DNA of 53,657 nt, the filler included, from Sphacelaria rigidula (Eukaryota), in assembly GCA_964200075.2 (NCBI GenBank). It is 5 parts of 5 records of this genome, joined end to end, with 100 filler letters (N's around TTAATTAATTAA, not from the genome) between each part and the next. Parts side by side here need not be neighbours in the genome. Positions count along the whole stretch, not along the records: positions 32,256 to 42,906 come from CAXNAA020006143.1; positions 43,007 to 53,657 come from CAXNAA020006144.1; 3 more parts are not named here. One strand, written 5' to 3'. The translations under genes were made by a program, and so were the position numbers. The notes under the pieces are model-generated. The model made no database searches and was not told the DNA's origin. It saw only the letters and a program-made list of their open reading frames with translations. Below are positions 38,203 to 50,619 of this stretch, piece after piece. The first letter of the stretch is position 1, and every line of letters begins with the position of its first letter.

Positions 38203-39874
38203 TGGACATGTGTTCTGATGACATTTTAGATAAAATATGCATAGCCCATTTACAATTGCTCAGATCTGCATCGCGGGAAGACGACGGAATTCCAAGAAAC
38301 TATGCGATGCAGCCATGAGATGTGCGTTTGACACATCCTCCACGCAGCTACTACAAACGTAAGCTGGACGAGGTTCCCTAGGGAAATCTCAGTATGCAAA
38401 AATGAAGCACCCTACGCGCCCAAACAAAGCAGAACATCGAATCAAGAAAGGTCAACGCATACACAGCAAGCACTACTCACATTAAAACGACCGGATCAGA
38501 CGCTGCGACGTCAACACTCGAACCCCGGCTGACCTCACCTGGGTCTGTGCGATGCCTTATTTTTTCTTGCCGGCAGTTTCGCAGACTCCGGCTTTGACAG
38601 CATAGTACACGGGTATATAGTAAAAATGCCGTACACCAGCGTATTCGTGGTAAAAATGGTAATGGTCAGCTGCTCAACATGGATGCTCCGTACGACCAGG
38701 AGTAAAACAACATCCAATCGTTGCATAGACGGAAAAGACGGTGTAGTCACCTGCATGAGCAGTCGAAACAGGAAGCAACATATAGTACCATCTCTTCATC
38801 ACGTTTCTTTTTGTTTGCAGCAAGCAGCAAATCTCCGCAACCGACGAAATACTGTAGGCAACAGCAGAGCCGTCCCATGTTGACGTTGTTCGACAGACTC
38901 GTGTACCACCACATCAACCAGATCACAGAGATCTTCCCAGGTGAACACCGCGGACCCATTTCGTAAATTCAAAACCTTTCATACATGGATGCACGTGGGC
39001 AACATGATTTGACGGTAGGGGGTGGCAGAGGGAACGAAGGTGGACGGTAGGGGCGGAGATATCGGAGAGAGGAAACATCAGCGTGGTTGTGCAAAAATTG
39101 AATATCTGTCTAATAATGATGGCTGGATGTAGTTCTTGTGAACACACGTCAACCGTACAAAGCGCGTGACGGGTGCTAGACCGAGTGGTGCTTCGAAGCA
39201 TATTGCCATAAATTACAGCAAGTATTTGAGGCGATGTTGTATCAAAAACATAACTAAAACATTCTTCGAACTGGATGGATGAAACGTCTCATCAATCAAC
39301 ATAGAATGTCCATCTCCTTCCCGCAAATACGTTGCGTCGCGGCAAGCGGTGAATGGCAGATGAAGTCTTGATGTGCAGGGAAAAAACGCAGACTTTATTT
39401 ATACGCTGCCCCGCCGAGCCAGGCGCAGAACGCAAGGTGAAAACCCGCGGATATATACCTGTAGTAAAACAGGGGGTACCGCGGAGAAAACTGTCGGACA
39501 CGTAGCCCCCCCCCCCCCCCCCCCGCAGGGCATTTTTTTGAAAATTGTCATGATTTTTTCGTTTTTTTTTTTCCAAGTTTGTCGCAAAGAATTGATCAAT
39601 AACACTGTTGTTTTGATATTTTCTGTTGATTTTTTTTGCCAAGTTTGTCGCAAGAAATTGATCAACAAACGCTGACAAAAACCGAAAAGTCTAGTGGGCT
39701 TTGTGGGGCTCGTATATCTGCTGTGCTCCTTGCCCGTTCTGTCCCGATGACCTCAGATGCCGGCGGGCATTTTTTCGACAATTAAACTTTGTTGCAAGAA
39801 ATTGATCAATGCAACATTGACAAAATCCGAAAAGTTCGGTAGGTTTTGCGGTATGTATGTTTGCTTATGTTCCT

Positions 39875-40260
39875 TTACATATTTATATATAAATATTATA
39901 TAATATAATATAAGTACTCTATCTTATATAGCATATATATATTAATACACAATTATATAGTATAGTATATACTGCCCCTTGACGAAAATTTGAATATATA
40001 ATTATATAATATGTAAAAATATTGTGTAATATATAATATAGTATATACTAAGGAGAAGAGGCATAAATATATAATATAGACCTATAATATATACCCATAT
40101 TATATTCAATATAATATATTCAATATAATATATTCAATATAGTATATAAAATAATATATGAAATATAATATATGGTATAATATATGAAATGTAATATATG
40201 AAATATAATATATGATATGAAATATATGAAATATAATATATGATATGAAATATCATACAT
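39875..40260. repeat. AT-rich low-complexity tract
   Basis: ATATAATATAT and ATATGAAAT repeats. Confidence 0.85.
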
Positions 40261-41981
40261 AAGGATCTCCACTGTCTACGGTAGATGACCGCATCCGCCA
40301 ACGCTTCGGCTAAAAACCAGGGGACACACGGCTGGGTGCCCCCCCCCTCAAAAACTCGAATTTTCGATCTTGGGGCCTACGTGTCCTGGAAAAAAAAAAT
40401 TCGCTGCCCCCTGAGTAACATGGAAAAGACTCACGCAAGATAATGCGAAGTTTTCGCAACAGGCACGATACAAAGGACATTCTGAAAATGAAACCCATTG
40501 CAGCTACATAGTAGCAAGTGGTTACCGTACGCTCATGCAGACAGTGTCACTGACATGATCAGGGAGGAAGGGGATCTGATGAGGTACACGTCAAACGTTT
40601 CGTCAGAGTCCGCCTGCCCACACGTTTCTCGCCACCCTCATTTCACGGCGAATCCTGCTTTGATTATTGGTCAGTTTACTGCGGGCAGTCGTCAGCCCAC
40701 ATCGCTTCGTCACCTTCAGGCTCCCCCCCCCTACAAGATGACTCAAGCATGTGCCGATCGCAAGGACAGCAGGCAAACTTGACGACCATTTCAAAAATTC
40801 GAGGTTCTTCCCTTCCGCAACTTCAGCACACGCGCATACTTCGTCGAAAAGAGCCATTAAGCGTGTACGACTTCGGTATAACTTCGAGGGAACACACTCG
40901 TCATCGTGCTTGCTCCACCTCGGTATAGATATATCCATCATCTGAGACGCCCACCTAGTATCTCGCATTCATGTGGGATGACTTTGAAAATCTTGGATGG
41001 CCATCCATCCGAGAGATGGATGTCCACCTGAAATTTTCAGTCGGAATCATCTGGCGTCGTCCCTCTGAAATGTCCATCTGGAATGTGGTCGTCATTTGGG
41101 AGGTGAACCTCGATCTGATATATGGATATCCACCTACGGAAGGACATGCATGAGTGTAGCGCAGGGCGGGATGCCGTGGTGCAAAGAGAATGCTGGAGTG
41201 CACGGCAGATGCCCATATGGGGTGCCCATTGACGTGACTGCCACCTGGCATTTCCATTTGGACCTCGGGTGTCTTACTGACGTCCACCTGGGACGTGAAC
41301 GTAGATATAGAAGGTCTCCGCTGCTGATCAATTCAATTGGCTTGTCGGTGTTTTTTCCCGGCTGTTGATCCCCATTACCCACTTAATTCCAGGTGAAGCA
41401 TGCTTCGAGGTACCGCCCTCTGTATCTGAAGCACTTTTGTTTGGTCCAGAGACGGCTGTTGGCCCTGCACCACTGCAACAACTTCACTAGACTCCCTTCT
41501 CATCTTCTCCAGTAAATACCTGCGCCTCTGGTTCAACGAAAATGTCAGCCCTACACTGTGCCATATCAATACCTTAATACAGGTAGGTGCTGCTGTGAGG
41601 CTCGAAAGCGGTACTGATGTTTCCACATGGGCCTGACATACAAAGACCTATAGATAGTGGCGTGGATCTACGTTTGCCATAGACAGCCGCGTGGCACTCG
41701 GTTCCACCTATACAATGGGGATTCCTTGATCCCTTCGCCTGATGACATGGTGCATCCGCTCACAGACCCATCTAGACAAGCTCCGAGTAACCCCCTCCAG
41801 TTCACTTCAACGTTTCCTCCTTCAACAGTTCCACGTCTGTCAGACTATCATTAGCTTAGCACGCTCGAATGAGCGCATCGAACGAGAGAATCATAAAAAA
41901 CCATCAACAATGCGAGCCTATCTTGTCCGAGTGACAAGGCATGGGTCAATCTGTTCCGTGATATTTTCAGTAGCAAGGTTG

Positions 41982-42121
41982 CAGAAAAGCTGGGCCAGAT
42001 ACCCGTCGGTATCCAGATTCGTACATTCGCGTTGGACTCAAGATCTCAAACCAGAAAAGCTGGGCCAGACACCCGTCGGTATCCAGATTCGTACATTCGC
42101 GTTGGACTCAAGATCTCAAAC
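41982..42121 (+). repeat. 70-bp direct tandem duplication
   Basis: CAGAAAAGCTGGGCCAGA(T/C)ACCCGTCGG...AGATCTCAAAC twice, one mismatch. Confidence 0.9.
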
Positions 42122-42906
42122 CCTATTGGAGCTTGTTCATCTATGAGGTGTGACAGAGGTGCCGGGCTATATTATGATAACGACTACTTTTGGAAGACCT
42201 CGAGGTTGTGCAATAAAGTGGTCGCAGTAATGGCTGTCCTCGGCATAAAGGCACATGTGCTAAGCTACGGCAGGGAACCCCTTCGATTTGTGTTGAGACG
42301 GTGCCGGGTTAGCGCTGTCGTGGATATCATGAAAACAATGATTGCAAGTGACGTGAGAATTCCTACGCTCCTGCTTCAGGCGGGAACAAAACCATACTTC
42401 GAATATCTTCTATTTCTTGATGCATGTACGTGCTGAAGCTGTAGGAGGGAGGCGTCTCGACATGTTGAAATGGTGTAGGGTTATCAGCAACCCCCGAAAC
42501 ACCTGGCGCCACAGGATGGGGATAGTGCCGAGAAACTGGAACCCAGATGTCTCGCCCAACTTTTTCGCGACCTTACACAATGGAAAACACCGCGCAATAG
42601 TACGATTCGCGACTTGTCGCTCAGACAATAAGATAGACTTGCGTTGTCGATAACGTGTTATTATGATCCTTTCATTCGATCTCCTTACTTGGATGTGCTG
42701 AACTGATGATGGCCCAACAGATGTGTAGTGGTTAAGGGTGGACGAGTGAAATGAACTAGAGGGGGTTACTCGGAGATTGTCTAGATGCGTCTGTGAGCGG
42801 ACGCTTTTCGATATAGCTCACCTACGACCATAAGCCAGCATGATGTATGTTGTGTGTGTTGTGTCGTCCCATTTATTCTGGGCGCCAGTCTACCCCTTTC
42901 GGGATA

Positions 42907-43006
42907 NNNNNNNNNNNNNNNNNNNNNNNNNNNNNNNNNNNNNNNNNNNNTTAATTAATTAANNNNNNNNNNNNNNNNNNNNNNNNNNNNNNNNNNNNNN
43001 NNNNNN
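42907..43006. other. Artificial contig linker
   Basis: Same 100-bp spacer. Confidence 0.98.
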
Positions 43007-43349
43007 GATATAAGCTTGTACAAAGTGTGGGGAAATCGTCGGCCAAGCTTTCGGCAGCGGAGGTCTACACGGGAGTATCAGTGGAGTAGTGACCCATGGT
43101 GAACCGTACACGGAGTGGGAAAGGTGATGTACGGGACATCCCGATGTGAGTAAGACCTTGTGTTGTGCAAGCCGCCCTTGAACCTTACACGATGAAAATG
43201 ACCTCCCTGGAGGAAAGTAACCAGTACCGCAGAAGATAGAAGATACGATCGTGGGACGCCTGGATGGTTTACCATGAAGACCGTCTGGCACAAATGTGAG
43301 GTACTTGTGACAAAGGCGTTGCACTTGGCTCAAGGCTAAGAGCCCGTGT

Positions 43350-46210
43350 TGAAGGCATTATTCAGTGTCGTTGAGCCAGCAAAAGAACTGGAAACACCAG
43401 ACCCCCAACAAGTACTAGGATTGGGATGTCCCAGTGCGTTGGGTACATTCCACCAATACACTTGAAACAATTGAGCTGGAAATTCTCTCGAAGGAGATCG
43501 AGAGAGAGAGAGACGGTAAGGGAGGGCGGATGGAAAAGTAAAGGGTGGACGGGTACAGTACTAGTAGTGCTGGTACTCGGAGTCCGTAGCGATATGACGA
43601 GAATAGAGTTCAAAAGGAAATGCAATGGAGTTGGATAATACTGTTAGTCAACAGGAAAGGTAGAAAGGGAGGGAGAACACTTGCGATTCACACTAAAACA
43701 GGGAGCGAGCAAGGAGTGGGAAAGGATAGAAACAAGTACGGTATCGGCATGGGTTAGAAGGGTAGGGTGGAGAGTATGCGTTGCTAACGGAATAACAAGC
43801 CTAGGACGTGGTCCACGGGGAGGGGGAGAGAGGTAGGAACAGGTAAGTGCCCGGAAGGGGAAGGATAGGGGACATAGCGGCCCAAAGCAAATAGACAAAA
43901 ACTGACACATAAACGGGAAGAACAACCAAGCAAGGGAAAGTAAAAGTAAAGGCGACGGAGAGAGAACAGTAGACAACACGAGAGCAGATAATGATTCGGA
44001 GAGGAAGTTGAAAATAGGATCGTGAAACGTGTGTGGATTCGTCGCAGACGAGCACGAAAGAATAGAGATAGCGCAACACGTAAGTGAAGGCGACCTGGAT
44101 TTAGTAGGAATCCAAGAGTCATAAGAGAAAGAGGGGGCGGAAATAGGATGCAAAATTAAAGAGTACGCATGGATAAGGAAAAAGCGGGAGGGGCAGAAGT
44201 CCAAGAGCAGGGAGCGGGGGGAGTAGGATTCTTGGTCAAGGAATACCTGTGTGACAGTATAGAGGTGATCGACGACACAAAATTTGACGAGGGCATATTG
44301 ATAAGGGTACGAGGAGGGCGGGGAACGGAAGACTTCTTCGTAGGTGACATCTACATGCCCCCAGAATCGAAGAGTAGGGTGAACGATATTCAGCGGAGTT
44401 GGAGAGATAGCAGCAGATGTACACAAGTATAAAAGGTAAGGAGATTTATTGTTAGTCGAAGATTTTAATGCAAGGGTAAGAAGAGCAGGTCAACCGGATG
44501 ATATCATTGGCCAATACAGGCAAGATAAGAAAAATACGGATGGGGGAGGAATGCTCAAGTTCCTTGAGCATAACGAGATGAAGACGCTGAACGATAGAGC
44601 AAAAAAGCCAGAAGCGCAACGGACATGGACGAGAAATGCAAAGGAAAAGAGAGAGAACGCTCCGTGCTTGACTATATAGTGGTAGAGCGTGGAAGTAGTA
44701 AGGAAATGGAATCTTTTTTTATTTTTTACAAGGAGTTACACAAGGCTGTACGGTACCACCCACTCTATTCAAGGTATTTACTGATGACCTGATGATGGCA
44801 ATAGAAGAAGCAAATCAAGGAGTCAAGGTGGATGAAGATATGGTATCAGGATTGATGTTCGCGGATGATTTTGTAGGTATTTCAGAAACACCAGAAGGAT
44901 TACAGAAACAGATAGACAAGGCGCTAGAAGACACTATGAAATGGAAAGTGACAGCAAACGCTAATAAATGCGCGGTACTCGTCCGTAACGAAGATAAGAA
45001 AAATCCGGTGGAGTTCAAATGGAAGTGGGGAGAAGAGGAGTTGCCCACCGTAGACCAGTATACATACCCTGGCGTAGAGATCTCACAATACTGTTCTTGG
45101 GATGCACACATACACAGAGTAATAGAAAAGGATAAGGCACAGATAGGCAGGATGGACGTGAAACTCGGAGACTCGCATCTAGACACTAGACTTAAGAGAT
45201 GTATCGTGATGAACGTGATCGTACCAAAGCTGGAATATGCAGGAGAAGTATGGGAGGGGAACGTGAAGTTTGTGAAGAAGTTGGAAACAGCACAGATGGC
45301 AGCAGCTGAGAAAATATTTGGATGCTCGAAAACGACGAGTAATGCAGCATTGAGAGCAGAGTTGGGATTGCACTCACTTAAAACAAACAGAAACATGAGG
45401 AAATTGCGACAGCAATATAGCGTAAAGAACATGCAGAGAAAGAGGCTGCCAGCTATAGTTGATGAGGCTGAATGGAAGAAAATTACGGAAGGGCGGACTG
45501 GAATCAGGTACGATAGAGAAGTCGAGAGAGTATGGAAGGAGATAGGAAAAGACCTAGACGATATTGTCCGTAGATGAGGGCGCGGTGTACAAGACAAAAG
45601 TAAGAGACATCATAGGAATAAGGGGAAAAGAAACGCCCGGACGCAAAGTAGACGAGGAAGAACACCTGGAGATATACGGGGGGTTGAGAGAGAGGACAGA
45701 GATGAAAGTATATTTGCATGGCCCAATAGACGCGGCGAAAAAAGTGAAACTGGGATTTCGTGTGGGGGACCTAGATCTGCCAGAAAGAAGAAAGGGGTAT
45801 ACCAGTCGTCGAGAGGAGGAGGAAGAAGTAGATGCACAGAATTCCCCCTGTGGCAAAGCAATAGAGAGAAGAAGTCATAAAGTGCCAGAATGTGAACTAT
45901 ACAAGGAGGAACGGGACGTGCTAGCGGGGGGAATGCGGCACGTGAACGAAGGTGGCATGAAATCGTTTAATGCATTAGACAGTAGGGAGGAAACGATGGC
46001 TATACTAGGAGATGGATGATGGCCACAGACGGCGAAACAGGGCGGGGATAAGATATGAAAGAGATTTTTGTGCAAGGTATAGAAGAAACGTAATGAACAT
46101 CTGAATGTTGGAGGTGTCTCTATTAAGAGTGAGAACGGTGCTCCATCTCGGAAGGGATGCATGGTCGATGATCAAACGGCTAAGGCAAGTAACAAATGAG
46201 TACGCCCCCC
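43350..46210 (+). mobile_element. Degenerate non-LTR retrotransposon (LINE; APE endonuclease + RT), internally deleted, C-run 3' end (family A)
   Basis: APE motifs across stops and frameshifts at 44010-44690 (IGS*NVCG, VGIQES, GGVGFLVK, IYMPP, DFNARV, LDYIV). RT C-half at 44728-45577 (QGC, MFADDFVG, KLEYAGEVW). The same frame as ORF 45564-46019 reads through stops to V*KKRN...KASNK* followed by GTACG-C7. The 5' boundary is approximate. Confidence 0.9.
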
Positions 46211-48629
46211 ACCACCCGCATCGTAGGATGACTCTTTCGTAGTCGGCGACTTTTCAATAGGTCTTTTCGCGTGCCGGCGCTCAACCCAGCGAACGCGTGC
46301 TCCCGAAGTGTAGAGATAGAGAGATACTGGGCATCCGCTCCACAACCCGAAACAAAAGTCATCCCTCCCTCCGCTCAATTATTGTGCTCCACTTGCATTC
46401 CATGAAAGAAACTGCAAAAAAAAACTACAAAAAATAACACCCAAATCCCAACCCAAGACCATTTCACTCCTAGGCTGCATTCATGATCACCATAAGACCT
46501 GAACTCTGAAGTCAGCCTTCATCTCGATGGGCTGTACGGCCGTTTCTTCGTTTCACCGAAAAAACGCTAAAAAAATGGGGATGGGCTACCGCCACATCAT
46601 TACGGTCTTTATTGAACGGCTCACGGGCAGAATTGACAGGGGGTCTCATTGGCCGTTTTTAACCCGAACACACATTTCGCTTCGGCTCTAGCGCGAAAAT
46701 AGCTAAAAATGAAATAAACGAGTTTGTAAAATCACCCACGAGAGCGATCGCGATGTTTTACCCCCCACCCCCCACCCCCGTGCTATGCAGAGCTCGGTTG
46801 GGCATTTCCGTTTTTGGGTACATTTCCTAATTTCCCCGCATAGTATCCTTCAGCACGAGAAAAAGGTACTGTAGCGTCGATAGATTCTAGGCGACATAAT
46901 GACAACTCTCACATCGGTACACTCCTGACGAAGTCTGGCGCGGCGCTTAGAGTTATGAAAATGCTTCCCGAAGCAAATTTCGTCGGGGGAAAGTAAGCGA
47001 CAATGGATCACAAAATAGGCTCGAGTTGGGCCAGCCAAGAATCAATGCTATTTTTGGCGGTCGGACAGTCTTACCCTGCTTAATTTTAGGATTTAGGGGG
47101 CTGGAATTTGACATGAAAAAATGTATCAAAATGCGGGAAGTAGCGTAAGCTCCCAGAAGAAAAAGAAGGGAAAAAAATCGATTTGAAATTTTACCCTTGT
47201 TGTCGAAATGGTACACAGAGAGAGTTCCGCAAGGGCGGGGTACGACGTTTTCGAATCCCGACACGGTAATGCTACGGTAGAGCTTGCATTTTTTGTTTCT
47301 GGGTCTCGTTTTTGTACGAGCCCAAATATATGGGGGCTTACTGTGCAACCCAAATCTCCGGGGACCGGACATGAAGATGCATGCAGGGGCCTTTTCGCGA
47401 ATCCGCATCATTTTCAGTCTTTTTCAATCGAAAAAATGATATCGATTCTCACAATGACCCGTACAACACCCCGAGAAACGTTTTCGCTAAAAACCTGCAA
47501 CTCCTACCGTAGCATCACTCGACACATACTATAATTTCTTCGTTTTGCCGAATTTGTTTCCTCCGTTGACATCATGCGCCACGCGGTACATTTTCCCCTT
47601 CATTTGTTTCAGCGGCAGAGCGCGCATCCGGAGGTTGGTCTGCAGCTCACAGCGATATACAAACATCAGGCTAATTGGAGAGGCTCTAGAGATTATTGTG
47701 TGCCGAGCGAATGCACGCGGTTTTCTTGACTGGCCCAGCTCGTAGGCAGATCCAACTAAAGCATGATGTCCCGTTTCCTCCTGCTGCCCTACCTCGAAGT
47801 AATAACAACGTGAAGTGGGCTCGTCCATTTTGTTCGTTTCGTTCGTTGCTGGTGTTCCCCTTGGGAAACCCGTACCCCTCACGAAGTTCACGTCAAGGAT
47901 TCTCGAGGCTCGGGGGGATCGTGGAGGATTTCACCACGGCCGCTACACACAAATCGTACATGATTAGTGGGATGATGGATCAGTTTCACGGTTGCAGTTC
48001 GGTACAGTTTAGCAGCGTGCCTCGGTTCATCACGATTCGACGGTTGATAGATCAACGGTTCGTCACGGATCGACTACTGTAAGCCGCGACGAATTCAGCC
48101 GAGTTCACGAGACAGACGCACCCAATGAGAATAAACTAGTAATGGGAACACTTGCTGAGACAGTCCCGTGCAGAACGGAAGGTGAAAGGAGAGGGCGAGA
48201 GGGAAGAGAGAACAAAACGAAAAGAGAGGGAAAGCGACGAAAAAAATACCCCAAGACATGAAAAGACACAAGAGCGGAAACAGAGTAGTGCCACGGTGAG
48301 GATACATTTTTTTTTTCTGAGGCTCATCACTTTCGAAACCTCTCGATGAAAAACGTCTAGGCCCCAAGTGTGCTACCTTAGACAGTCCTTCCCCGAAAAT
48401 GTTCACCACTACCATGGCGCTATTCAACACAACAGGCTAAGATCCGAAACCAATCCAGAGATAATCCCAACAGGTCCCTGCCAGGGCCTCAGGCAAAAGG
48501 GCTGAGCAAGAAGCAAGGCCTTGGCGAAAGCAGGTTGCAACTCAGCTATCGGAAAACTACACCAATGGCAGGGCAGCACTCTCAGTCGCTGAGACCGTTT
48601 CTTACGGTTTGTATTCTGGGGGGGGGGGG

Positions 48630-49045
48630 GATATTCTTCACTTTGAGACATTTGACACCGATAGTGACCCCCAAAAAGGGGGAATATCGCTGTCGTACGT
48701 CTAGGGCACTTTGCATCACCCCACCGAGAGGAGTCTTGCCCACTCTTCCGGTTTACTTGACTCCTAGGTTCCGAGAGCGATCTCTGGATAAAGAAATACC
48801 ACCCCTGGACAAAAAGAAACAGTCTGTGCGGGGGGGTTGTAGTTGAACTACCTCCAGACCCCACGTTTATCTATCCAGCTGTACTGGTGCTCAACGATCG
48901 TTCTCGAAACCTCGCAGACAAGCGAATCGGAAACGTGGGCCAGACTCCTCACGGTGGGGTGGTGCAAAGCGTCCAAGACATGTGATGGACACAGTCCCTG
49001 CTTGGCCCCAAAAAACCGGGTCGCATGTCTCAAAACTGGAAAATA
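48630..49045. mobile_element. Diverged relative of the 23864-24336 fold-back MITE
   Basis: Shares CACTTTGCATC..CAC.GAGAGGAG.CTTG and TCTCGAAACCTCG...AAGCGAATC..AA with the 23.9-24.3 kb element. Retains degenerate inverted arms. Confidence 0.6.
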
Positions 49046-49470
49046 TTCTCCAGAAAATAGCACCAGTAAAAAACGGTCTCGAGGGTTTTGTTAATGGGTC
49101 TAATTTTGTTTTGCGAAATCTTCTACTTTCTCCAAGAAGAAATGTGAGAGCAGATCTCTGAACCACGTCACTCAACCAGGTCAGGCGATAGATTGATTCA
49201 AGACTGGCTAGAGTGGTGCAACGACATCCCCCCCCCACCCACGCCCATCCGAGAAAAATGGCTGGTTTAAGGGGCCAATATATAGATGTAAACCAAAATA
49301 ACAAGCCGAGCACACCGACTAGCTGGGAACTCCCGTCCTTAGGATTATTTTCGCCGATGATTTTTTTTTCTGTTCCTTTTTTCTGTTCCTTTTTTTTTTT
49401 GAGCGGGTTTCAGATTCGTTTTTGTTGGGTACGTACGTCTACCATGAAACCACGGCTGGACCCCTGGGGG

Positions 49471-49540
49471 GGGGCGTACTCATTTGTTGCTTGCCTTAGT
49501 CGTTTGACCATTAACCACGCATCCTCTTCGAGACGGAGAA
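49471..49540 (-). mobile_element. Family-A LINE tail inserted inside a family-C repeat, with apparent 7-bp TSD
   Basis: Insert is flanked by CTGGGGG at 49464-49470 and 49541-49547. Uninterrupted host sequence occurs at 34575-34600 and 36465-36490. Confidence 0.8.
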
Positions 49541-50619
49541 CTGGGGGTCAGTTAAAGTTCGACAATTAATCAATCAAAAAAATCAATGTCGCCCAAATGA
49601 GGGAATATACGCTGGGCACACTGAGCGCGATGGCTCACTGACGAGGCGACCACTGTGTGTCCACGTATGCTTAGCACTGTTAGACCAACAGATTTACTGT
49701 TGGTCTCTTATTTCGATAGTCGTTCATATCGGGTGAATAGCAGTACAACCTCCGCATCCTCAGAGGATTGCAACAGTTCTAAGATTGTTGGCGGAGCTTC
49801 CGGGTCTGCCGGGTTGATGTAAAATTCTAGGATTATCATTCCTTCATTATATATTTAGTTCGGTGGGATTAATGTACAGTCCCAGGATTCTCGTGTGTAA
49901 GAATATTCTCATGAGTAAGAACATTCTCTTCAGCATGAACTTAGCGTAGCGCATTGATCCGAGGGTACTCGTGGGTTGCTCCCACACCCTCTCACTCTAT
50001 ATTTCTTCCTCACTGTCTTCACTGAGATTTTCTCGGCCACATAAGCGCCAATTTCCAACATCAGTCTTCTCGACGAGCAAGTGTGCTTTACCGCCACTTC
50101 GTGCTGGTCCTGTGCATTCCCTTGACATATCACGCCACATCAAGAACTGCCATGTTGTTTCAAGCACGCGGTCTAATCGCCAATATCCTACGGGTATCGC
50201 CACAAAACAAACATCGCAAACAATCGTGGATTGGACTGAGTGGCATCTCCCCCAAGGCAGGATGCGGTGTTATCATCCCCCCGTAAGGTTCGGCATTATA
50301 TGCATGAAGCAGGCGCTCTCCAGAATTCATGTTCTACGCTTTGCACAACTTACCCCAACGGTCTTCTCGATGTATTTCCGTGTCATAAACGTGTTTTCAA
50401 TCGCCAGATCCATCCTGACCGCCCGCGGGCTTTCCCCCCATTCTCCTACGCGGGCTGCGTACCCTGAATTCACAACCATGCTGATGCGCGACTGAAATTG
50501 TAAACACAACACAGTTCCTCTCCCCCGTCACAAGCAAGCCTCCGTTCGTACGTTTTACAATCATGCGCAAATTACGTCGGCGACTATGCTAAGGATGCAC
50601 GTAATTTATCTTTCGGTGA

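Noticed and set aside
37644-38318. ORFs with (CV)n or (HT)n runs, and the poly-Y ORF at 17409-17810
   Set aside because: These are microsatellite translations. The real exon is 37768-37923.
43644-45597. 260-aa minus-strand hydrophobic ORFs
   Set aside because: Antisense shadows of the purine-rich LINE strand.
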